64,000 bases of DNA from an archaeon (lineage in GTDB: Archaea; Iainarchaeota; Iainarchaeia; Iainarchaeales; GCA-2688035), in contig DATDTD010000071.1 of assembly GCA_035290965.1 (NCBI GenBank), positions 48,155 through 112,154 of the forward strand. The letters run 5' to 3'. The notes beneath the pieces were generated by a model that was not told where the DNA came from, searched no databases, and saw only the letters and a list, made by a program, of their open reading frames with translations. Numbering within the stretch: the first letter of the stretch is position 1; each line of letters starts with the position of its first letter. Positions 19,679 through 29,736 of the stretch are shown here, one piece after another. The translations under genes were made by a program, and so were the position numbers.

Positions 19679-19748
19679 AAAATCACCTCGTATTTTTGTT
19701 AGTTTTAGTGCTTAAACTTATTTAATATTTGCCAAAGTTTAATGTGCC

Positions 19749-20201
19749 TTAATAAAGCCCCCTATTTTTTCTTACGCTTCTTATCCATTCCAAATCCAGC
19801 TTAGCTGTTTGAATTGCTGTTTGTAAGAGTTTTGTTAAAGAATCCAATGTTGGTTTTGCATCCGCATATCTGGACGCGTTTTTTTTGTACTTTCGCAGGT
19901 TTTCCAATCCATGTTCAAACTCATATAACGCTTCCGACAAGACTGTTTCAGCCCCATTTATTTTTTTTATGTCGGACTCTGTTTTTTCCAGTTCTTTGGC
20001 GACAATCTCTTTTTGCAGCTTGACAGCAGGCAGCAATACTTTTAATTTTTTATTTAGAACCATTATCCTGCTTTGCCTGCCGTACAAAGCAGACGACATT
20101 CTGTTGAGGCGCCTTCTTCTGTCAGCTATTTTATTTTTCAATTCTTCCGAAGGCTGTTTGCTTTTTCCTCTTCCAAACCATTTTTTGAACATTTCTTCCA
20201 A
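19749..20201 (-). CDS. hypothetical coiled-coil protein (150 aa)
   Basis: Long ORF with heptad-like charged pattern. No recognisable catalytic motif. Confidence 0.4.
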   Translation of the reverse strand: MEEMFKKWFGRGKSKQPSEELKNKIADRRRRLNRMSSALYGRQSRIMVLNKKLKVLLPAVKLQKEIVAKELEKTESDIKKINGAETVLSEALYEFEHGLENLRKYKKNASRYADAKPTLDSLTKLLQTAIQTAKLDLEWIRSVRKNRGLY

Positions 20202-20214
20202 CCTTTGCTTTTTC

Positions 20215-21027
20215 TCATTTTGTTTTTTTCACGGCAAGATTTTTCCTGTATTCAAGCAATTTTTTTGAAAAAGAATTATCCGAAACGTTCAGGAGCCCGA
20301 CTGCGGCAAGCGCGGAATTTTCAAGCCTGTTCAAGCCAACCCAGATTCCTGTTCTTGTTTTCTCAAGAAGTTTCTGCGCATCAAAAGAAGTGCTCTTTTC
20401 AAGAAGAGGAACGTTAATTGCAAAAAAATCTTTTGAATCAATGCCGTGCTCCGAGGAAAGCTCCACAAAATTTATTCCAAGCTCGCGGTTTTTGAGGGAA
20501 TCAAGGCTTTCAACTGTTTCAAAAGCCGCGCCGAAACTTTGAAGGATCTCGAGCATTTTTGAAAATTTCTGCCCGAAAACTGCTTCTTCAAAATTTTTCG
20601 TTATTGTGATTTTTTCAAAGCCGTTAACTGCAATGCCTGCTGCGCACGCTGCTGTTTCCACTGCATTTACTCCTGTTCCGAGAACGGGAATTCCGGAAGG
20701 CATCTGGTGCACTGAAAGCAATGCATCCAAGCCCGAATAATTGCCTTCAACAGGCAGCCCGATTACAGGCTTTAGCGTCTGCGAGGCAATTACTCCCGGG
20801 AGAGCGGCACTCAAGCCAGCGCCGGCAATAATGACTTTTGCCTTTGAAGAGGAAATGATTTTTTCAAGTTCCTTTGGATTCTTGTGCGCGGAACAGATTT
20901 GAAGCTCCGCCTCCACATTTTTTTCTTTCAGAGCAAGCATTAGTTTGTCAAAAACAGGAGAATCAGATTCAGAACCAAAAACAACCAGGACAGTTGCAGG
21001 CATAACAAGAACTCCTAAGAGCAACAA
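20215..21027 (-). CDS. purE: PurE (AIR carboxylase / N5-CAIR mutase family) with ~110-aa C-terminal extension
   Basis: VLVVFGSESDSPVF…SAHKNP…IIAGAGLSAALPGVIA…PVIGLPV…SVHQMPSGIPV. Confidence 0.85.
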   Translation of the reverse strand: MLLLGVLVMPATVLVVFGSESDSPVFDKLMLALKEKNVEAELQICSAHKNPKELEKIISSSKAKVIIAGAGLSAALPGVIASQTLKPVIGLPVEGNYSGLDALLSVHQMPSGIPVLGTGVNAVETAACAAGIAVNGFEKITITKNFEEAVFGQKFSKMLEILQSFGAAFETVESLDSLKNRELGINFVELSSEHGIDSKDFFAINVPLLEKSTSFDAQKLLEKTRTGIWVGLNRLENSALAAVGLLNVSDNSFSKKLLEYRKNLAVKKTK

Positions 21028-21067
21028 CTTTTAATATTCTTTGTTTTCTTAATTTCTTGGGGTTTTT

Positions 21068-24055
21068 TTGGCACTGCAGAGGATAGAAGTAAGCACCTTG
21101 AACGACACAAGGGAAATTGTAAAGAAAAAAAACCTTTCAGGAATCGGCTTTAAGGTCGAAGGCGTAAAGCTCAACGATGTCTACACAATTGAATCTGATT
21201 TGAAAACAGCAGAGCTTGAGGAATGCGCAGAACTATTGCACAACCCTGTTTCTCAGAAAGCAGAAATCGGAAAGCCGATTGCCCCGAAAAGCTTTGATTA
21301 CTGCATTGAAACAGGATTTCTGCCGGGAGTAACAGACAACATTGGAAACACTGCTTCGGAACTCATAAAAGACTTTTTCAGGGCAAAAGGAAAAGAAATT
21401 TCCGCACGCGTTTATTATTCGCAGGAAATGTTTCTCAGGGGAAAACTTTCTTTGGAAGAGGCAAAAAGCATTGCTGAAAGCAGCGCAAACCCGCTTATTC
21501 AAAGGATTCACATCAAGAGCAAAAAAGATTTTTTAGCTGAAAAAGGAATGCCCGCGGTTGCGCCGAAGGTAAAACTTGAACAGTCACAGGAAATAAAGGA
21601 AATAGATTTGAATTTAAGCGAGGACGCGCTTGCAAAAATCGGCAAGGCGGGAATACTTGAAAAAACAGATTCAGAGGGAGAAAAAAGAAACGGCCCGCTT
21701 GCGCTTGATTTGGAATCAATGAAAACAATCAAAGAGCATTTCAACAAATTAGGAAGAAAGCCCACGGATATTGAACTTGAAAGCTTGGCACAGACCTGGA
21801 GCGAGCACTGCAAGCACACAATTTTTGCCGCGGAATTGGATGAAATAAAGGGCGGATTGTACAAGGAAAGAATCCGAAAGGCGACTGAAACAGTAAGGCA
21901 GAAAAAAGGCAAAAAGGATTTCTGCGTTTCTGTTTTTGTAGACAATTCAGGGGCAATAAAATTCTCCGAAGAATGGCTTGTAACAGACAAGGCGGAAACA
22001 CACAACAGCCCTTCGGCGCTAGACCCTTTTGGTGGTGCAATAACAGGAATAGTGGGAGTAAACAGGGATGCAATAGGATTCGGAAAAGGCGCAAAGCCGA
22101 TTGTGAACAGGTATGGCTTCTGCTTTGCAGACCCAAAGGATATCAAGGCGCTTTACAAGAGCAAAAATAAGCAGAACAAAATGCTTTCTCCAGAAAAAAT
22201 AATGCTCGGAGTAATAGAAGGAGTGAATGTCGGGGGAAATTGCTCGGGAATTCCAACTCCGCAGGGATTCATGTATTTTGACGAGAGATATAAGGGAAAG
22301 CCGCTTGTTTTTGTAGGCACAATCGGATTGATTCCCAAAAAAATAAACGGAAAGGATTCGCATGAAAAAACAGCAAAGGCGGGAAATACAATTGTAATGG
22401 TCGGCGGAAGAGTTGGCTTGGATGGAATTCACGGCGCGACTTTTTCTTCGGAAGCGCTTTCATCAGGCAGCCCTGCAACCGCTGTCCAGATTGGAGATCC
22501 TATTACACAGAAAAAGCTGAGCGATGCAATTGTAAAGGAAGCAAGGGATTTGGAATTGTTTGAAAGCATTACTGACAATGGCGCGGGAGGATTGAGCTGT
22601 TCTGTTGCAGAAATGGCAAAAGAATGCAACGGCTGTGTTGTAGAGCTTGAAAAAGTTCCCCTGAAATATGCGGGAATGCAGCCATGGCAGACATGGATTT
22701 CCGAAAGCCAGGAAAGAATGACTCTTGCAATTCCAAAGGAAAAAGTTTCCGAATTTCTCGCACTGATGGAAAAGCGCGGAGTAGAGGCAACAGCAATCGG
22801 AGAATTCACTGATTCGGGAAAATGCATTGTGAAAAGCAACGGCAAAGAAATAATGAACATTGACCTTGAATTTTTGCATGACGGCCTGCCGAAAAAAAAA
22901 CTCTCTACAAAAGAAATCCTGCAGGAATTTTCAGAGCCAATTTTTGAAGAACCAAATATTGGAATTGCCTTAAAGGAAATGCTTTCAAGGCTGAATATCT
23001 GCAGCAGGGAATTTGTTTCAGCGCAGTATGATTTTGAAGTCCAGGGAAACTCTGTGCTGAAGCCATTGCAGGGAAAAGGAAAAGTAAATGCAGAGGCAAG
23101 CGCAGTAAGGCCTGTTCAGGAATTAAAAAATGCCTTGGGGGTTTCACAGGCGCTCTATCCCGCTTACGGGGACATCGACACCTACTGGATGGCTGCATGC
23201 GCAATTGATTCAGCAATAAAAAATCTGGTTGCAATAGGCGCAAAGCAGGAGAACATTGCCCTGCTTGATAATTTCTGCTGGTGCAGCAGCAATGATTCTG
23301 AAAGATTATGGCAGCTGAAAAAATCCGCGCAGGCATGCCTTGATTTTGCAGTCGGGTTTGAAACTCCTTTTATTTCGGGAAAAGACAGCATGTTCAATGA
23401 TTTTCAAGGGTATGATGAAAACAACAATCAGGTAAAAATTTCAGTTCCGCCTACTTTGCTGATAAGCTCTCTTGCGCAGATAGAAAATTCTGAAAACTGC
23501 GTTTCAATCGATGCAAAAATTGCAGGCGACTTGATTTTTGTGCTGGGCGAAACAAAAAACGAGCTGGGAGCAAGCGAATATTTTTCTTACATGGGAAAAA
23601 AGCTTTCGGGAAAAAGATTCATTGGCAAAAATGTTCCAAAGGTTGAAATTGAAAAAGCAAAAAAATTGTACAATGCCTTGAACAAAGCGATTGAATCAGG
23701 GCTTGTGGCAAGCTGTTATCCTGTCGGATTGGGAGGATTGGGAATTGCAATTGCAAAAACATGCATTGCAGGCTCTCTGGGGGGAGAAATTTTCCTTGAA
23801 AAAATTCCTGCGGAAAAAATGCGCGGCGATTATATTCTGTTTTCAGAATCACAGAGCAGGTTTATTGCAACCATAAATCCCGCACACAGGGAAGCGTTTG
23901 AAAAAATTTTCAGGGACAATAAATGCGCGTTCGCTGAAATAGGAAAAATAACAGAAGAAAAAAAGCTTGTAATAAATGCAAACAGCACAAAACAGTTTTC
24001 AATGCAGATTGTGGAGCTTGAAGAGGCATACAAAAAAACACTGAGGGATTACTAG
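21068..24055 (+). CDS. purL: FGAM synthase II (PurL) with extended N-terminus containing PurS-like repeat(s)
   Basis: 995 aa. Two PurM-like domains. The N-terminal ~150 aa contain two …L(L/S)ANP(V/L)I(Q/E)… stretches resembling the PurS C-terminal motif. Confidence 0.88.
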   Translation: MALQRIEVSTLNDTREIVKKKNLSGIGFKVEGVKLNDVYTIESDLKTAELEECAELLHNPVSQKAEIGKPIAPKSFDYCIETGFLPGVTDNIGNTASELIKDFFRAKGKEISARVYYSQEMFLRGKLSLEEAKSIAESSANPLIQRIHIKSKKDFLAEKGMPAVAPKVKLEQSQEIKEIDLNLSEDALAKIGKAGILEKTDSEGEKRNGPLALDLESMKTIKEHFNKLGRKPTDIELESLAQTWSEHCKHTIFAAELDEIKGGLYKERIRKATETVRQKKGKKDFCVSVFVDNSGAIKFSEEWLVTDKAETHNSPSALDPFGGAITGIVGVNRDAIGFGKGAKPIVNRYGFCFADPKDIKALYKSKNKQNKMLSPEKIMLGVIEGVNVGGNCSGIPTPQGFMYFDERYKGKPLVFVGTIGLIPKKINGKDSHEKTAKAGNTIVMVGGRVGLDGIHGATFSSEALSSGSPATAVQIGDPITQKKLSDAIVKEARDLELFESITDNGAGGLSCSVAEMAKECNGCVVELEKVPLKYAGMQPWQTWISESQERMTLAIPKEKVSEFLALMEKRGVEATAIGEFTDSGKCIVKSNGKEIMNIDLEFLHDGLPKKKLSTKEILQEFSEPIFEEPNIGIALKEMLSRLNICSREFVSAQYDFEVQGNSVLKPLQGKGKVNAEASAVRPVQELKNALGVSQALYPAYGDIDTYWMAACAIDSAIKNLVAIGAKQENIALLDNFCWCSSNDSERLWQLKKSAQACLDFAVGFETPFISGKDSMFNDFQGYDENNNQVKISVPPTLLISSLAQIENSENCVSIDAKIAGDLIFVLGETKNELGASEYFSYMGKKLSGKRFIGKNVPKVEIEKAKKLYNALNKAIESGLVASCYPVGLGGLGIAIAKTCIAGSLGGEIFLEKIPAEKMRGDYILFSESQSRFIATINPAHREAFEKIFRDNKCAFAEIGKITEEKKLVINANSTKQFSMQIVELEEAYKKTLRDY

Positions 24056-24856
24056 ATGCCAAAAGCGCTTGTATTGACTGGATATGGAATCAACTGCGAG
24101 GAAGAAACAGCGCTCGCTTTCAGGAAAGCGGGAGCACAGGCAGAAATCGTTCACATCAATGATTTGATTGAAAAGCCTGCGAGATTAAAGGAATTCAATA
24201 TTCTCGCTTTTCCGGGGGGATTTTCCTATGGCGATGACACTGGAAGCGGAAATGCGCTTGCAAGCAAAATCCGCAGCAATATCTGGAACCAGATACTTGA
24301 ATTCATTGAAGCAGAAAACCTTGTAATCGGGATCTGCAATGGTTTCCAGGTAATTGCAAACTTAGGGTTAGTTCCCGGATTCAAAAAAAATTACGGCGAA
24401 AGAAAAATCGCACTGATGCACAACAATACTGCGAGGTATGAATGCAGATGGGTCTCATTGAAGGGGATTTCTAAAAAATGCGTTTTTACAAAGGGAATTG
24501 AAACAATCCGCCTGCCTGTTGCGCACGGAGAGGGAAAGTTTTTCGCACCTGCAAAAATACTTGAAAAGCTCAATGCCCAGGAACAAATTGTTTTCAGGTA
24601 TGCAAATGAAAATGGCGCACTTGCGGAAGGAAAGTTTCCCGAAAATCCGAACGGGGCTCTTGAAGACATTGCGGGAATCTGCAATGAAACAGGAAAAGTT
24701 TTCGGTTTAATGCCGCACCCTGAAAGAAACATTTTCTTTACACAGCAGGACAACTGGCTATTGCAGAAGGAAATTCTCCTGCGGCAGGGAAAAAAGCTTC
24801 CCGAAGAAAGCGCAGGAATGCGGATTTTCAGGAATGCAGTTGAATATTTCAAGTGA
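24056..24856 (+). CDS. purQ: FGAM synthase I, glutaminase subunit
   Basis: Class I GATase (GICNGFQ…HGEG). Starts 1 nt after the purL stop. Confidence 0.9.
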   Translation: MPKALVLTGYGINCEEETALAFRKAGAQAEIVHINDLIEKPARLKEFNILAFPGGFSYGDDTGSGNALASKIRSNIWNQILEFIEAENLVIGICNGFQVIANLGLVPGFKKNYGERKIALMHNNTARYECRWVSLKGISKKCVFTKGIETIRLPVAHGEGKFFAPAKILEKLNAQEQIVFRYANENGALAEGKFPENPNGALEDIAGICNETGKVFGLMPHPERNIFFTQQDNWLLQKEILLRQGKKLPEESAGMRIFRNAVEYFK

Positions 24857-26663
24857 TTTTTTGGACAAGGTTTTGGTTCTGGATTTCGGCGGGCAATACT
24901 GCCACCTGATTGCAAACAGAATCAGAAGGCTTGGAGTGCTTGCGGAAATAATAGATCCTGATTCTGAACTGAAAAATCTTGAAGGAGTAAAGGCGCTCGT
25001 GCTTTCCGGAGGGCCGGCATCTGTTTACGATGCAAACTCACCAAAATGGAACAGAAAAATCCTTTCACTTGGAATTCCAATGCTCGGAATCTGTTATGGG
25101 CACCAGCTATTGATGCAGGAGCTCGGCGGAAAAGTGGAAAAAGGAACAAAGCGCGAATATGGAATTGCAGAGCTCAGAATAATGCGCGGAAATGCCGCTG
25201 CCCTGCAGATGGCAAAAGGGCTTTCTGAAAAAGAACAGGTCTGGATGTCTCACGGAGACGTTGTTTCAAAACTGCCTGAAGGATTTACTGCAATAGGCTC
25301 GACTGAAAACTGCGCAGTTGCAATGGCAATGAATCCCGAAAAAAAAATCCTTGGTCTGCAGTTCCATCCCGAAGTGGAACACACAAAAAACGGAATGAAA
25401 CTCCTGGAAAATTTTCTTGAATTGTGCGGATGCAGAAAAGAATGGAACACTGATTCCTACCTTGAACAGAAAAAAAAAGAAATAATCACAAAAGCAGGAG
25501 GAAAAAAAGTTTTTCTGCTTGCATCGGGCGGAGTTGATTCAACTGTCTGTTTGGCAATGCTGAATTCAGTGCTCGGAAAGGAAAAAATAGTCGCACTGCA
25601 CATTGACACTGGTTTCATGCGCAAAAATGAAAGCAAAAAAGTCAAAAAAGCACTGCTTGCAGTCGGCTTTGACAATCTGCATGTTGCAAATGCATCTGAC
25701 TATTTTTTTGAAAAAATAAAAGGCGTTATCGAGCCCGAGGAAAAAAGAAAAATAATCGGAAACGCTTTCATTGAAGTACAGCAGGAAGAAATGAAAAAAC
25801 TCGGATTGAATCCTGAAGAATGGCTTTTGGGGCAGGGAACAATTTATCCGGATACAATTGAAAGCGGCAGGACAAAAAACGCTGAAGTAATCAAAACCCA
25901 TCATAACAGGGCGCCGATAATAATGGAAATGCTGAAACAGGGAAAAATAATCGAGCCCCTTGATTTGCTTTACAAGGACGAAGTACGGGAACTTGGAGAA
26001 AAGCTTGGATTGCCGCATGAACTTGTATGGAGGCATCCTTTTCCCGGGCCGGGATTGGCAATCAGGATTCTCTGCAGCAATGGAAAAGCAAATGGAAAAG
26101 AGCTTGAAGAAATTTCAAAAGCCGCGGATAAAATTGCAGAGGCTTCTGGTTTGCATGCAGAAGCTCTGCCAGTGCAGAGCGTCGGAGTTCAGGGAGACGG
26201 AAGGACTTTCAAGCATCCTGCGGTTTTGATTGGAAAAGCAGACTGGAAAAAGCTCGAGGCTGTTTCAACAGCAATTACAAATGAAATTTCAGGAATAAAC
26301 CGCGCGCTCTGGCTTGTAAAGGGAAAAAAAGATTTCAAGCTGCAGAGTGCGAGCATTACAAAAAAGCGCGTTGCTTTATTGCAGGAAGCCGATGAAATTG
26401 TTTTTGAAGAAACAAGCAGGGCGGGGCTCTGGGAAAAAATCTGGCAGTTTCCCGTTGTATTGATTCCTGTTGGCAGTGAAAGCGGGAAGGAATCAATTGT
26501 GCTGAGGCCTGTTTTTTCAAGGGACGCAATGACTGTGCAGTTCGCAGACCTGCCGCAGGAATTTTTGGAAATGCTTGCAGAAAAGCTTCTGAAAATCAAG
26601 GGCATTGAAAATGTTTTTTTTGACGTAACCCACAAGCCCCCGGGAACAATTGAATGGGAATAA
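24834..26663 (+). CDS. guaA: GMP synthase, fused glutamine-amidotransferase and ATP-pyrophosphatase form
   Basis: N-terminal GATase (GICYGHQ), PP-loop SGGVDSTV, C-terminal dimerisation domain. Overlaps purQ by 23 nt. Confidence 0.9.
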   Translation: MQLNISSDFLDKVLVLDFGGQYCHLIANRIRRLGVLAEIIDPDSELKNLEGVKALVLSGGPASVYDANSPKWNRKILSLGIPMLGICYGHQLLMQELGGKVEKGTKREYGIAELRIMRGNAAALQMAKGLSEKEQVWMSHGDVVSKLPEGFTAIGSTENCAVAMAMNPEKKILGLQFHPEVEHTKNGMKLLENFLELCGCRKEWNTDSYLEQKKKEIITKAGGKKVFLLASGGVDSTVCLAMLNSVLGKEKIVALHIDTGFMRKNESKKVKKALLAVGFDNLHVANASDYFFEKIKGVIEPEEKRKIIGNAFIEVQQEEMKKLGLNPEEWLLGQGTIYPDTIESGRTKNAEVIKTHHNRAPIIMEMLKQGKIIEPLDLLYKDEVRELGEKLGLPHELVWRHPFPGPGLAIRILCSNGKANGKELEEISKAADKIAEASGLHAEALPVQSVGVQGDGRTFKHPAVLIGKADWKKLEAVSTAITNEISGINRALWLVKGKKDFKLQSASITKKRVALLQEADEIVFEETSRAGLWEKIWQFPVVLIPVGSESGKESIVLRPVFSRDAMTVQFADLPQEFLEMLAEKLLKIKGIENVFFDVTHKPPGTIEWE

Positions 26664-26664
26664 A

Positions 26665-27204
26665 TTATTTTCTTCTGCGATCGCGCATTTTTCTGGCAAC
26701 GTAGTCCCGGGTGCGCTTGGTGGCAGTTGAAATTTTGTAACGATACGGCCTTTTCCAACCCATGGGCACCAGCATTTTACGCATGATAGTGGTGGGAGAC
26801 GTCCCAAAACTGATTTTGAAGGAAGGGAACAGTTCTTTTGTTTCTTTTAAAACCCGGAAAAATGCAAATGCGCCGATTCCTTTGCGGCCAAAAATTTCGT
26901 CAGGGTGTTTTGATTCTCCTTTCACGCTTATCTTGTCTTCCCCAAAAGGATAAAACCACATAAACTTGATTTTTTTCTCTTTTTCATGAATACGCAATTC
27001 GACGCTGCCCAAATTTTTTCCAATCCACTCAGAGTTTCCCTGAATCCATTCCTGAAAAGCCGGCGTTGTGACAAACAATCCTTCAGCCCCTTTTTCAAAA
27101 GGCCCGAAATGTGTTTTGTAGCACAAACGGTCGTCGCCCTTATACCCGGGTTTTTCGGCTTCATAATCCGGAACAATCCACAACCCCAAAACCTGTTTGC
27201 GCAT
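26665..27204 (-). CDS. hypothetical protein. Probable start at an internal Met (MRKQVLGLW…); the longer ORF runs to 27351.
   Basis: ORF only. The hydrophobic N-terminal extension of the long ORF looks non-coding. Confidence 0.4.
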   Translation of the reverse strand: MRKQVLGLWIVPDYEAEKPGYKGDDRLCYKTHFGPFEKGAEGLFVTTPAFQEWIQGNSEWIGKNLGSVELRIHEKEKKIKFMWFYPFGEDKISVKGESKHPDEIFGRKGIGAFAFFRVLKETKELFPSFKISFGTSPTTIMRKMLVPMGWKRPYRYKISTATKRTRDYVARKMRDRRRK

Positions 27205-27272
27205 ACTAATCAATACGATTGAGAGATTAAAAAATGTTTTGACATGTATTTTCAAAAGGAAGCGAAAAAACA

Positions 27273-28352
27273 ATGAAATACAGCCAAATAGTGGATTATT
27301 CAAAGCTCGACCCTGTGAAGGCAGCGGCTTTGGAAAAGTTTTCCGGCACAATGAAAAATCCCGAGAGGCTTGGGATTAGGATTGTGCAGGAAACAATCGG
27401 AGAGCCCGCGGTTGCGATTGATTTTCAGAAAGAGGATTTTCTGCTTGCATTCAATGTCGAAGGATTGGGAACAAAAAACCTCATTGCAGATGCAATGTGC
27501 CGCGATAAAAGAGGAAAAGGCGCGAAATACTTTGAATGCGTTGGCATTGACAATGTTGCAATGAGCACAAACGATCTGCTTGCAATTGGCGCGGATGCAT
27601 TTGCTTACGGAGACATAATAAGCTCGGGAAATTCCACGTGGTTCGATGAAGGAGAAAAAATCAAAAACCTGTTTGAGGGGTTCAGAAAGGCTGCGGAAGA
27701 AATTGGAATGGCAATTCCCTGCGGGGAAACACCCACTTTGAGCGGCATTGTAAATCCCGAAACTCTGGATATGGCAGGGGCATCTGTAGGAATAATAAAG
27801 CCGAAAACAAGGCTGGTTTATGGAAAAGAAATTTCAGAAGGAGACCTGATTATCGGATTGGAAAGCTCGGGACTGCATGCAAACGGAATTTCTCTCGCGA
27901 GAAAAGTAGCGGAAACTCTCCCTCAAGGATATTTCACTGAAATGCGGAATGGAAAAATTTTCGGAGAAGAAATACTGAAGCCGACTGTGCTGTACACTCG
28001 CGCAGTAATTGAAATGCTTGAAAAAACAGAAATCCATTATCTTGCCCCCATTACTGGGCATGGATGGAAAAAAATAATGCGTGCAAAAAAAACATTTTCA
28101 TATGAAATAGATTTTGTTCCTGCGCCAGAAGAAATTTTCAGATTCCTGCAGGAAAAAGCTGAAATTTCCGATAAAGAGGCTTATTACACCTGGAACATGG
28201 GCATTGGATACGCAATAATCGCCCCGAAAAAAAGCCTTGCGGAAATAGAAAAAATTTCTTCAAGGCACAAAATAAAGTGCTTTGAACTCGGAAAAGTGTG
28301 CAAAGGGGAAAAAAGAGTGCTCATAAAGCCAAAGGGATTTGCGCTTGAATAA
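27273..28352 (+). CDS. purM: phosphoribosylformylglycinamidine cyclo-ligase (AIR synthetase)
   Basis: PurM N- and C-domains. 359 aa. Confidence 0.85.
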   Translation: MKYSQIVDYSKLDPVKAAALEKFSGTMKNPERLGIRIVQETIGEPAVAIDFQKEDFLLAFNVEGLGTKNLIADAMCRDKRGKGAKYFECVGIDNVAMSTNDLLAIGADAFAYGDIISSGNSTWFDEGEKIKNLFEGFRKAAEEIGMAIPCGETPTLSGIVNPETLDMAGASVGIIKPKTRLVYGKEISEGDLIIGLESSGLHANGISLARKVAETLPQGYFTEMRNGKIFGEEILKPTVLYTRAVIEMLEKTEIHYLAPITGHGWKKIMRAKKTFSYEIDFVPAPEEIFRFLQEKAEISDKEAYYTWNMGIGYAIIAPKKSLAEIEKISSRHKIKCFELGKVCKGEKRVLIKPKGFALE

Positions 28353-28401
28353 AACAGGTTTTTAAAACCAAAGCAAAGTAGTATTTACAAGTTTTGAGGG
28401 T

Positions 28402-29679
28402 ATGCTTATGGCAAAAAAACAGAAGCTCTATGAAATGCATCTCAAGGCAGTCGAGAAATTTGATTCAGAACTTTTCAACGCAGTTGTTTCCGAAAAAGAA
28501 AGGCAGATGTCTGGAATTGAACTTATTCCAAGCGAAAACCTTGTAAGCTCGGCAGTGCTTGAAGCCCTTGGAAGCGTTGCAACAAACAAGTACTCCGAAG
28601 GATACCCTGCAAAAAGATATTACGGGGGAAACGAATTCATTGACGTAATTGAAAACCTTGCAATTGAAAGGGCAAAAAAACTTTTTAGTGCGGAACACGT
28701 GAATGTACAGCCGTTAAGCGGTTCTCCTGCAAATATGGCAATGTATTTTGCGCTCATGGAAATAGGGGAAACATTCATGGGAATGAAGCTTACAGAGGGA
28801 GGGCATCTCACTCACGGGCATCCTGTGAATTTTTCGGGAAAGCTTTACAAATGCGTCCAGTACGGCGTGGATAAAGACACTGAAATGCTTGATTACGATG
28901 CAATAAAAAAAATTGCAATTGAAACAAAGCCGAAAATAATTCTTTCAGGATACACCGCATATTCAAGGGCAATTGATTTCAAGGCATTCAGGGAAATCGC
29001 GGATGCGAGCGGAGCATACTGCTGCGCAGACATTGCTCACATTGCGGGATTGTGCGCTGCTGGCGTGCACGAGAATCCTGTTCCTTATTTTGATGTAGTA
29101 ACAACTACAACGCACAAAACCCTTAGAGGGCCGCGCGGCGCAATGATAATGTGCAAAAAAGATTTTTCAGAAAAAATAGACAAATCTGTTTTTCCCGGTT
29201 TGCAGGGCGGCCCGCATGAAAACGTGATTGCTGCGAAAGCCGTTGCTTTCAAGGAGGCAATGCAGCCCGCATTCAGGGATTATGCCTCACAGATTGTAAA
29301 GAATGCAAAGGCGCTTGCAGAATCCTTGATGGGAAAAGGACTGAGGCTTGTTAGCGACGGGACAGACAATCATTTAATGCTTGTTGATGTTTTTGAAAGC
29401 AAAAAAATAACGGGAAAACAGGCGGAACATGCGCTCGAGCTTGCGGGAATTTACTGCAACAAGAACACTATTCCCTTTGACACAAGAACTCCATGGGATC
29501 CCAGCGGAATCAGGATCGGAACTCCTGCAATCACAACGCGCGGAATGAAGGAAACACACATGAAGGAAGTTGCCGGCTTTATTGTAAAGGCGCTTGACAA
29601 TTCAAGCGATGAGGCAAAGCTCGCGCTTGTAAAGGCGGAAGTAAAGGAATTCTGCAGACAGTTCACTTTCTACAAGTAA
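28402..29679 (+). CDS. glyA: serine hydroxymethyltransferase
   Basis: PLP-lysine region [17 protein letters not shown]. Confidence 0.93.
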   Translation: MLMAKKQKLYEMHLKAVEKFDSELFNAVVSEKERQMSGIELIPSENLVSSAVLEALGSVATNKYSEGYPAKRYYGGNEFIDVIENLAIERAKKLFSAEHVNVQPLSGSPANMAMYFALMEIGETFMGMKLTEGGHLTHGHPVNFSGKLYKCVQYGVDKDTEMLDYDAIKKIAIETKPKIILSGYTAYSRAIDFKAFREIADASGAYCCADIAHIAGLCAAGVHENPVPYFDVVTTTTHKTLRGPRGAMIMCKKDFSEKIDKSVFPGLQGGPHENVIAAKAVAFKEAMQPAFRDYASQIVKNAKALAESLMGKGLRLVSDGTDNHLMLVDVFESKKITGKQAEHALELAGIYCNKNTIPFDTRTPWDPSGIRIGTPAITTRGMKETHMKEVAGFIVKALDNSSDEAKLALVKAEVKEFCRQFTFYK

Positions 29680-29736
29680 AGCTTCTGCTGTTTCTTGCAA
29701 ATATGCCTTTTTATTTTTTTTGGCTGAAAGTAAATT

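Noticed and set aside
21508-22860. Several 130-210-aa minus-strand ORFs inside purL (21508..22146, 21741..22136, 22019..22432, 22429..22860)
   Set aside because: They are antisense to a confidently identified PurL, and their products are low complexity (Ser/Leu/Phe/Pro-rich).
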